64,000 bases of DNA from a virus, in IMG/VR virus record IMGVR_UViG_3300025889_000073, positions 107,729 to 171,728 of that record; one strand, given 5' to 3'. Of the stretch, positions 56,390-64,000 are shown in pieces. The notes beneath the pieces were generated by a model, which searched no databases, was not told where the DNA came from, and saw only the letters and a program-made list of their open reading frames with translations. Numbering within the stretch: position 1 is the first letter of the stretch; the number at the start of each line of letters is the position of its first letter. A program made the position numbers and the translations under genes.

Positions 56390-58924
56390 ATGACTAATTA
56401 TTACACCAACGTACAAGTTTACGGTAACAACATTCTTTTCCGTGGCGTAAATAACGGTCGGCGATTTGGTAAAAAAATACCATACTCGCCGACTTTGTTT
56501 TTACCATCTAAAAAACCAACAGACTTTAAAAGTTTGCATGGTGATTTTTTAGAGCCTAAAAAGTTTAAAACTATTCGTGAAACAAGAGATTTCATTAAGA
56601 AATACGAAGAAGTTGAAAACTTTAAAATATATGGTAATGCTAGTTTTGAATATGCCTTCATCTCCGAACACCAAAAAGGTATGATAGAGTGGGACATAAA
56701 TCAACTTGATATAGCAATCATCGATATTGAGGTTGGTTCTGAAAATGGTTTCCCAGATCCAATTGATGCAAATGAGCCAATTACTGCAATTTCTATCCGA
56801 AAACTTAATGGTGAGATGGTTGTTTATGGTTGTGGAGAATTTCAAAATTATCGTGATGATATAAACTATATTCGTTGTAAAGATGAATGGACACTCTGTA
56901 AAACATTTTTAGAAGATTGGAAAGATAATCATCCAGATGTTATTTCTGGATGGAACGTAAAGTTTTTCGATATACCATATTTGGTTAATCGATTTAAACG
57001 TATTCTTGGAGAAGAATATGTCAACAAACTTTCACCGTGGGATATCATATATACCCGTGAAAAAGTTATTAGAGGTAAAAAACAAATTGCTTATGATTTG
57101 TTAGGCATATCTTGTTTAGATTTTATTGAATTATATAAATGGTATGCGCCTGGTGGTAAATCGCAAGAATCATATCGTTTGGACAATATCGCTTATGTAG
57201 AACTTGGAGAAAATAAATTATCATATGAAGAATTCGATAACCTACACCAACTGTATAAACTCAACTATCAAAAATTTATTGAGTATAACATCAAAGATGT
57301 GGAACTTGTCGTTAAACTGGAAGAAAAGTTAAAATTAATTGAATTAGCTTTGACTCTTGCCTACGATACAAAGACAAACTATGAAGATGTCTTTGCTCAA
57401 ACTCGTATGTGGGATTCTCTAATCTATTCTTATCTGATTAACAAAGGGACTGTTGTACCGCCAAAAAAGATTAAAGCAAAAGATTCTGCTTTTGAAGGTG
57501 CTTACGTCAAAGAACCTCAAGTAGGATTACATCCATGGGTCGCATCATTTGATTTGAATTCTTTGTATCCACATTTGATGATGCAATACAATTTATCTCC
57601 TGAAACATTAATAGAACCAAAAGACTATACACAAAATATGCGTGATATAGTTTCTTCTGGTGTTTCGGTTGATAAACTATTAACAAAACAAATAGACACT
57701 TCCGGGCTGGTTGACGTTACAATGACACCAAACGGTCAATTTTTCAGAACTGACATACAAGGTTTTATTCCTAAAATGTTGGAAGAAATGTATGAAGACC
57801 GAAAAAAGTTTAAAAAGATGATGTTAAAATGTCAACAAGACATTCAAAATGAAGAAGACACACATAAGAAAAGGGAGTTGGAAAATCTAATTGCTAGGTA
57901 TAACAACCTTCAACTTGCAAAAAAGGTTTCGTTGAATTCTGCTTATGGTGCAATGGGTTCACAATATTTCCGTTTTTATGATTTGAGGCAAGCTCTTGCT
58001 GTTACATTGGCTGGCCAATTATCCATTAAGTGGATTGAAAATAAGTTAAATTCTTATTTAAATACTTTATTAAAAACACAGGATGATTATGTTATTGCAT
58101 CAGATACAGATTCAATTTATCTTAAACTTGAACCTCTCGTAAAATCGGTGTTTCAGAAAGAAACAGAAACTTCTAAAATTATATCCTTTATGGATAAAGT
58201 CTGTGAAGATAAAATTCAACCGTTTATCGACAAGAGTTATTCTGAGCTTGCAGAGTATGTTCATGCGTATGCACAAAAGATGCAAATGAAACGTGAAGCT
58301 TTGGCTGACAAAGGTATTTGGACTGCCAAGAAGCGTTACATTTTAAATGTATATAATAATGAAGGTGTTGTATATAAAAAACCTAAACTAAAAGTTATGG
58401 GTCTTGAAATGATTAAATCATCCACACCTTCTGCGGTGCGTGAAAAAATGCGTGAGTTGATTGAATTGATGATGACTGCAAAAGAAACCGAGATACAAGA
58501 CTTCATATCAAATTTTCGAAGTGAATTCAAAAAGTTACCTGTAGAAGAAATATCTTTTCCTAGAGGTTTGAATGGTCTCAATGATTATTCCGATTCTGCG
58601 ACTTTATATAAAAAAGGCACACCTATTCATGTTAAAGGTGCAATCATTTATAATTTCAATTTGAAAAAATTGGAGTTGACAAATAAATATCCTTCCATCC
58701 AAGAAGGTGAGAAGTTGAAGTTTACTTATCTCAAAATGCCAAATCCTTTTAAAGATTCAGTAATCTCTTACCCAACTAGATTGCCTAGAGAATTCAATTT
58801 GCAGGAATATATTGATTATGACCTACAATTTGAAAAGTCCTTTTTAGAACCTGTAAAAGTTATTTTAGATTGTATTGGTTGGAAGGTAGAAAAAACATTT
58901 TCTTTGGAAAGTTTTTTTGAATGA
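56390..58924 (+). CDS. gp43: family B DNA polymerase gp43
   Basis: DIEV exonuclease I, SFDLNSLYP, K..LNS.YG, SDTDS and KKRY; C-terminal clamp-binding SLESFF. Confidence 0.98.
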   Translation: MTNYYTNVQVYGNNILFRGVNNGRRFGKKIPYSPTLFLPSKKPTDFKSLHGDFLEPKKFKTIRETRDFIKKYEEVENFKIYGNASFEYAFISEHQKGMIEWDINQLDIAIIDIEVGSENGFPDPIDANEPITAISIRKLNGEMVVYGCGEFQNYRDDINYIRCKDEWTLCKTFLEDWKDNHPDVISGWNVKFFDIPYLVNRFKRILGEEYVNKLSPWDIIYTREKVIRGKKQIAYDLLGISCLDFIELYKWYAPGGKSQESYRLDNIAYVELGENKLSYEEFDNLHQLYKLNYQKFIEYNIKDVELVVKLEEKLKLIELALTLAYDTKTNYEDVFAQTRMWDSLIYSYLINKGTVVPPKKIKAKDSAFEGAYVKEPQVGLHPWVASFDLNSLYPHLMMQYNLSPETLIEPKDYTQNMRDIVSSGVSVDKLLTKQIDTSGLVDVTMTPNGQFFRTDIQGFIPKMLEEMYEDRKKFKKMMLKCQQDIQNEEDTHKKRELENLIARYNNLQLAKKVSLNSAYGAMGSQYFRFYDLRQALAVTLAGQLSIKWIENKLNSYLNTLLKTQDDYVIASDTDSIYLKLEPLVKSVFQKETETSKIISFMDKVCEDKIQPFIDKSYSELAEYVHAYAQKMQMKREALADKGIWTAKKRYILNVYNNEGVVYKKPKLKVMGLEMIKSSTPSAVREKMRELIELMMTAKETEIQDFISNFRSEFKKLPVEEISFPRGLNGLNDYSDSATLYKKGTPIHVKGAIIYNFNLKKLELTNKYPSIQEGEKLKFTYLKMPNPFKDSVISYPTRLPREFNLQEYIDYDLQFEKSFLEPVKVILDCIGWKVEKTFSLESFFE

Positions 58925-59727
58925 AATATTGTTTGGTCATTAAAGAGATAAACAAGTTTGACGCTGTTGAATTTGTCCAAGAATATCATTATTCGAAAGT
59001 GATGCCTAAACTAACAAAACATTATTTGGGTATATTCAATGATGACGCACTCGTTGGTGTTTTAACTCTAGGATGGGGAACTCAACCACTTCAAACAATA
59101 AAAAAATTATTTCCAAATTGTCAAACAAAAGATTACTATGAAATAGGTAAAATGTGTATGCATCCCGATATGCCAAGAAATTCAGAGTCACAAATGCTCT
59201 CTGCTGTCATAAAATGGATGAAGAACAATTTACCTACAGTTAAATATTTGTATACATGGGCTGATGGTATTGTAGGTAAACCTGGTTATGTTTATCAAGC
59301 GGCCAACTTTTATTATGGAGGATTTATTTGGACTGATGTTTACATTGGACCAGATGGTGAAAAAATACATCCGAGAACTGCTAAAGGTTTGTGTATAGAA
59401 AATGGTAAACGGTTGGGTCGAGATAAAGTTTTTTGGTTAACGTTTGACTTTATGCAAGATAAAGGAATCAAAAGAATCAAAGGCAAACAGTTTAGATACA
59501 TAATGCCTTTGACGAAAGAAATAAGAAATCGTTTGAATAAAGATTCTACGGTCAATTGGAACACAAATTATCCTAAACACTCAGACTTGTTATGGAAAGA
59601 AATGACAGGTGTTGGCCAATATTCAGAAACCACAATGATACCACAATTTGACTTGGGTGTAGTGAACTTAAATAGAAAGAATGTGTTTTCAAACGCAAGG
59701 AAGAATACTTTAGAAAATTTCTTTTAA
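58921..59727 (+). CDS. Mom-like (GNAT-fold) DNA adenine-modification protein
   Basis: FV.EYHYS, E...MC....PRNSES..LS and TWAD....PGYVYQAANF.Y.G resemble the Mu Mom family. C-terminal TLENFF. Confidence 0.75.
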   Translation: MKYCLVIKEINKFDAVEFVQEYHYSKVMPKLTKHYLGIFNDDALVGVLTLGWGTQPLQTIKKLFPNCQTKDYYEIGKMCMHPDMPRNSESQMLSAVIKWMKNNLPTVKYLYTWADGIVGKPGYVYQAANFYYGGFIWTDVYIGPDGEKIHPRTAKGLCIENGKRLGRDKVFWLTFDFMQDKGIKRIKGKQFRYIMPLTKEIRNRLNKDSTVNWNTNYPKHSDLLWKEMTGVGQYSETTMIPQFDLGVVNLNRKNVFSNARKNTLENFF

Positions 59728-59728
59728 C

Positions 59729-60550
59729 ATGACACAAGTAATACTTCCATTCTTAACAGCAATAGCACTATCAACAATTGCTGCTTTTTATTCGGTCATA
59801 GGTTTAGCACAAATATTTCCAGGTTCATTTTGGCCAATCGTTATTATGGGTGGTGTATTAGAAGTTGCTAAACTTGTGACTGTTTCTTGGTTGTATAATA
59901 ATTGGAAAGAAACAGTAATATTAATGAGGTATTACTTCATTACTGCTGTGATATTTCTTATGTTGATTACTTCAATGGGTATCTTTGGTTATTTGTCAAA
60001 GGCACACCTAGAAACAAATATAGTTGTTGGTGCCAATAGTGTTGAAATAAAGATATTAGAACAACAAGAAAAAATATCTAAAGAAAGGTTAGATTACTTG
60101 TTGTTAAAAGCAGGCAATGACCCAACTAAAATAGCTAGAGCAACGAACAACGCAATTATGGAAACTCAGGCAGAATTAAAACGCCTAGCGGAACAAAAGT
60201 TGCCGTTGTTAAAGGAAGAAAACGCTTTGCTGGCAGAAGTTGGTCCAATCAAATACATCGCCGAAGCTTTGTATGATAAAGAAGACCCAAACTTCATAGA
60301 TAAAGCTGTACGCATTGTTATTTTAGTTATCATTGTGGTATTTGACCCACTTGCTGTATTGTTACTTATTGCCGCAAACCAAACATATCGAAAGATAAAA
60401 ACAGTAGTGGAAGAACCACCTAAAAAGGCAACAAAGAATAGAAAGCTTGACAAGAAACCTAGTCCTAGTTTAGAATCATTCTTTGATAGTAATGCACATG
60501 AACTTGTACCAAAAAAAGAAATACTTAAAATTGATGGAGAAATAAAATGA
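59729..60550 (+). CDS. membrane protein with coiled coil
   Basis: Three N-terminal and one C-terminal hydrophobic helices (SMGIFGYLSKAH, EVGPIKYIAE, VFDPLAVLLLIAAN) flanking a heptad region. Confidence 0.7.
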   Translation: MTQVILPFLTAIALSTIAAFYSVIGLAQIFPGSFWPIVIMGGVLEVAKLVTVSWLYNNWKETVILMRYYFITAVIFLMLITSMGIFGYLSKAHLETNIVVGANSVEIKILEQQEKISKERLDYLLLKAGNDPTKIARATNNAIMETQAELKRLAEQKLPLLKEENALLAEVGPIKYIAEALYDKEDPNFIDKAVRIVILVIIVVFDPLAVLLLIAANQTYRKIKTVVEEPPKKATKNRKLDKKPSPSLESFFDSNAHELVPKKEILKIDGEIK

Positions 60551-61593
60551 GTTTGCTCGATAAATTGAAAAAGAATTCAACAATTAAAGATTCGGCTATT
60601 CTTACCAAATCTAAATTTTTTACCGAGAAAGATATAATTCAAACTGATGTGCCTATGGTAAACGTGGCGTTATCAGGTAGTTTAGATGGAGGTTTGACGC
60701 CAGGTTTAACAATGCTTGCTGGTCCATCTAAGCATTTTAAGACAGCGTTTGCTTTGTTGATGGCTTCTGCCTATCAAAAGAAATATCCTGAGGCTGTCGT
60801 GTTATTTTATGATTCAGAATTTGGCACACCGACCAAATACTTTGAAACATTTAATATCAATATGGATAATGTGTTGCATACTCCAATTACTGATGTTGAA
60901 CAATTGAAGTTTGATGTTATGAAACAACTACAGGAACTGGAAAAAGATGACCGTGTAATTATTGTAATTGACTCAATTGGTAACTTGGCATCTAAGAAAG
61001 AAGTTGAAGATGCGTTGAATGAAAAGTCGGTTGCTGATATGTCACGAGCAAAACAAATGAAATCTTTGTTCCGCATGGTGACACCACACCTGACCATTAA
61101 AGATATTCCAATGGTTGTTGTCAATCACACTTACAAAGAAATTGGTATGTTTCCTAAAGATATTGTTGGTGGTGGTACAGGCAGTTACTATTCTGCTGAC
61201 ACAATTTGGATTCTTGGTCGCCAACAAGAAAAAACTGGAACTGAAATCACAGGTTACAACTTTATCATCAACGTAGAGAAGTCACGTTATGTGCGTGAGA
61301 AGTCTAAGATTCCAGTTACAGTATCATTCGAAGGTGGTATTCAGAAGTATTCTGGTTTGCTTGATGTTGCAATGGAAGGTGGTTTTGTACAAAAGCCATC
61401 GAATGGTTGGTATGCTAAAGTTGACCAAACGACAGGTGAGTTAGGTCAAAAGTATCGTGAAGCAGATACTAATACCAAAGAATTTTGGAATGAACTTTTA
61501 ACAAATGGGAAGTTTTCAGAATTTGTCACTAAAAAATATTCTGTAACTTACAATTCAATCATTGAACAGGAACAGGAAAATGAAATGGTTTGA
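60547..61593 (+). CDS. uvsX: RecA-like recombinase UvsX
   Basis: AGPSKHFKT, FYDSEFG, DSIGNLAS and DMSRAK. Confidence 0.97.
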   Translation: MSLLDKLKKNSTIKDSAILTKSKFFTEKDIIQTDVPMVNVALSGSLDGGLTPGLTMLAGPSKHFKTAFALLMASAYQKKYPEAVVLFYDSEFGTPTKYFETFNINMDNVLHTPITDVEQLKFDVMKQLQELEKDDRVIIVIDSIGNLASKKEVEDALNEKSVADMSRAKQMKSLFRMVTPHLTIKDIPMVVVNHTYKEIGMFPKDIVGGGTGSYYSADTIWILGRQQEKTGTEITGYNFIINVEKSRYVREKSKIPVTVSFEGGIQKYSGLLDVAMEGGFVQKPSNGWYAKVDQTTGELGQKYREADTNTKEFWNELLTNGKFSEFVTKKYSVTYNSIIEQEQENEMV

Positions 61594-61954
61594 AAAGGAA
61601 CAAAAGACCTTAACAAAGGGTGTTGATTTTGATTTGATTGATACCAGAAATTCAGATGATGCAATCATAAGAACATCGGTTAAAATTTTATCTGGTAAAT
61701 ATAAAGACATCGTTTATCACTATGGTAAAGTAGGTATTAAAGAAAATTCTGACACACCCATTGTAAAATACCAATATGTAATAACAAAAGAAGGTAAATT
61801 TGATGTGAAAAAGTTGCATACCGATAAAAAATTCATTAAACTAATGGGTGACATATTGGTAGAAATATTTGACAAACACTTAGACCTGAATTCAATGAAA
61901 GAAAATGATGACCCGACTGGAATCAACGATACTGAAGAATCTCATTTACAATGA
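61580..61954 (+). CDS. gp40-like protein between uvsX and gp41
   Basis: Synteny; G.Y..IVY.YGKV...F...MGDILV pattern. Confidence 0.55.
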   Translation: MKWFEKEQKTLTKGVDFDLIDTRNSDDAIIRTSVKILSGKYKDIVYHYGKVGIKENSDTPIVKYQYVITKEGKFDVKKLHTDKKFIKLMGDILVEIFDKHLDLNSMKENDDPTGINDTEESHLQ

Positions 61955-63311
61955 AGAATACACTAGAAAAGTAATACCCTTTATTCAACAAAATTATTTT
62001 TCGGAAAATACTGACAAAATTCTTTTTAAAGAAATTTTTGACTTTGTAGATAAGTATAAAAATTTACCAACATATGAAGCTCTAGTAATTAATTTTACGG
62101 AGAAGAAAAACTTAACAGAATCAGAAGTTAGAACTGCAATAGAATCTTTAAATGAAATTAAAGAAAATAAGGATGATACTGTTGAGTTAGCTTGGCTTGT
62201 AGAACAAACAGAAAAGTTCTGTCAAGATAGAGCAATTTATAATGCAATCATGGAATCTGTCTCCATCTTGGATGATAGGACCAAAAAGTCAAAAGGTGAA
62301 ATACCAAAACTTTTATCTGATGCTCTTGGTGTTTCCTTTGATGCAAATGTAGGACACGATTACATACAAGATTTTGAAGACCGTTATGATTTCTATCATA
62401 GAGTTGAATCAAGGATAAGATTTGACTTGGATATGTTTAATAAAATCACCAAAGGCGGTTTACCTAAGAAAACTTTGAACATTGCTCTTGCTGGCACCGG
62501 TGTTGGTAAGTCCTTGTTTATGTGTCACGTTGCTTCTTCAGCACTTTCACAAGGATTGAATGTTTTGTATATCACCATGGAAATGGCTGAAGAAAAAATT
62601 GCTGAACGTATTGATGCTAATTTGTTGAACATCGATTTGAATGAACTACAAAGTATTTCCCGTGAGGATTATGAAAGAAAATTTTCACATTTAAAGAATA
62701 AGACTCAAGGTAAATTAATCATCAAAGAATACCCAACGGCAGCTGCCAGCACATTACACTTCAGAGCTCTACTAAATGAACTCCAATTAAAGAAGTCTTT
62801 CAAACCAGATATTGTTTTTATAGATTATTTAAATATCTGTGCATCATCAAGAATTAAACCTGGAGGTGCTGTTAACAGTTATACCTATGTTAAATCTATC
62901 GCCGAAGAACTTAGAGGATTGGCTGTTGAACATGATGTGCCAATTATTTCAGCTACACAAACAACTAGGTCTGGTTATACCAACTCTGACCCAGGCCTTG
63001 AAGATACATCAGAATCATTTGGTCTGCCGGCAACTGCTGACTTTATGTTTGCTCTTGTCACCAATGAAGATTTAGAACAACTAAACCAAATTCTAGTCAA
63101 ACAGTTGAAGAATCGATATTCTGACCCAACACACTATAAAAGATTCGTTATTGGTATAGACAAAGCTAAAATGAGATTATATGATGTTGAACAGATAGCA
63201 CAAATTGATTTGGTCGATTCTGGCCAAGAAGATATACCAGATAAACCATTAAACACTTTTGGAAATCGTGAAACTAAATTTAATAAAAATTTTAGTAACT
63301 TGAAAGTATGA
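61905..63311 (+). CDS. gp41: replicative helicase gp41
   Basis: AGTGVGKS, YITMEMAE, FIDYLNI, SATQTTR and KQLKNRY. Confidence 0.97.
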   Translation: MMTRLESTILKNLIYNEEYTRKVIPFIQQNYFSENTDKILFKEIFDFVDKYKNLPTYEALVINFTEKKNLTESEVRTAIESLNEIKENKDDTVELAWLVEQTEKFCQDRAIYNAIMESVSILDDRTKKSKGEIPKLLSDALGVSFDANVGHDYIQDFEDRYDFYHRVESRIRFDLDMFNKITKGGLPKKTLNIALAGTGVGKSLFMCHVASSALSQGLNVLYITMEMAEEKIAERIDANLLNIDLNELQSISREDYERKFSHLKNKTQGKLIIKEYPTAAASTLHFRALLNELQLKKSFKPDIVFIDYLNICASSRIKPGGAVNSYTYVKSIAEELRGLAVEHDVPIISATQTTRSGYTNSDPGLEDTSESFGLPATADFMFALVTNEDLEQLNQILVKQLKNRYSDPTHYKRFVIGIDKAKMRLYDVEQIAQIDLVDSGQEDIPDKPLNTFGNRETKFNKNFSNLKV

Positions 63312-64000
63312 AGTTAAACACAGAACAGGCAATTAAATGTGCCAACATTTTTTCAAATTATTTCGATAAGTTTGGTCGAATTGATGAATACATGAGGGAA
63401 CAAAAACTGATAGCAATGGCTGAAAGGCCATTTGTTTTGCCTGGTATGGGACCAGAAGAAGATTTATTTTCTGATTTCCATATTTCACCTGCTGACATGG
63501 AATTTGAAATTATTGAATTACCCCAAGACAGATGGGACACTTACCTCGATATGATTTCTTCCCATTCAAATATGACCAGTATTCCCGGTAGATGTTTAAG
63601 ATTGGCAGTTTTGGAGAAAAAGACAGGAAAGTGGTGTGGTTTCATTCGATTAGGCTCACCAGTCATCAACTGTAAGCCAAGAAATGAAATGCTTGGACAA
63701 GTCTTTACGCAAGTCCAAGGCGGTGCCCAATTGTTCAATCAATGTGCAATTATGGGTTTTGTTATTGTACCAGCACAACCTTTTGGGTTTAATTACCTTG
63801 GCGGTAAATTACTTGCGGCAATCTGCACATCACATGAAGTTCGGCAAATGATGGATGCGAAATATAAAATGACAACTTGCCTATTTGAGACTACCAGTTT
63901 ATATGGTAGTTCTAAGGCAGTATCACAATATGACGGTATGAAACCTCTGATTCGTTTCAAAGGACTAACTGATAGTGATTTTTTACCTATGTTGCATGGT
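63308..64000 (+). CDS. DUF4338/DruA-like protein, paralogue 2 (runs off the window end)
   Basis: Manual translation from ATG 63308 gives PGRCLRLAV.E, GFIRLGSPVIN.KPRN, VPAQPFGFNYLGGKLLAAIC and ETTSLYG..SQYDG. Confidence 0.75.
   Translation, partial: MKLNTEQAIKCANIFSNYFDKFGRIDEYMREQKLIAMAERPFVLPGMGPEEDLFSDFHISPADMEFEIIELPQDRWDTYLDMISSHSNMTSIPGRCLRLAVLEKKTGKWCGFIRLGSPVINCKPRNEMLGQVFTQVQGGAQLFNQCAIMGFVIVPAQPFGFNYLGGKLLAAICTSHEVRQMMDAKYKMTTCLFETTSLYGSSKAVSQYDGMKPLIRFKGLTDSDFLPMLHG

Noticed and set aside
25401-63311. Inteins, introns or homing endonucleases in gp17, gp20, gp43, uvsW, uvsX or gp41
   Set aside because: All have ordinary lengths and contiguous motifs; no LAGLIDADG, GIY-YIG or HNH signature was recognised.
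1754-63738. Numerous short minus-strand and alternate-frame ORFs in the track
   Set aside because: Nearly all are nested in or antisense to well-supported + strand genes and lack recognisable motifs.

Overview
This is a 64-kb, AT-rich, densely coding segment of a T4-like myophage genome, with all credible genes on the + strand. The layout resembles environmental T4-like phages of the cyanophage/pelagimyophage type; the host cannot be determined here. From 1 to 21.6 kb lie a split VrlC-like structural gene, tail-fibre and other virion proteins, two glycine-rich proteins and two glycosyltransferases. From 21.6 to 36.5 kb is the core morphogenesis block (gp13-14-15-16-[Dps]-17-18-19-20, core proteins, gp21-22-23, gp3). 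From 36.5 to 64 kb is the recombination/replication block (uvsY, uvsW, gp55, gp47, gp46, gp45, gp44, gp62, regA, gp43, uvsX, gp40-like, gp41). It is interleaved with accessory genes: peptide deformylase, two DUF4338/DruA-like paralogues, a Mom-like protein, a CobT-like/CobS pair, Hsp20, dCMP deaminase, a cytidylyltransferase, a MazG-like pyrophosphatase and tRNA-Gly(TCC). The most unusual signals are: (1) an array of hairpins sharing a G-GTAAA(A)-C loop directly upstream of an orphan ParB-like gene (49339-50583); (2) an H-type pseudoknot starting at a predicted transcription start ahead of a winged-HTH gene (48127-48172); (3) a candidate replication-coupled DNA-modification set (clamp-motif-bearing Mom plus two DUF4338 proteins); (4) a Cys-initiated, membrane-anchored domain at the split point of the VrlC-like gene; (5) a ROSE-like thermometer before hsp20. 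All family calls come from motif recognition by eye and gene order; no database search was run.
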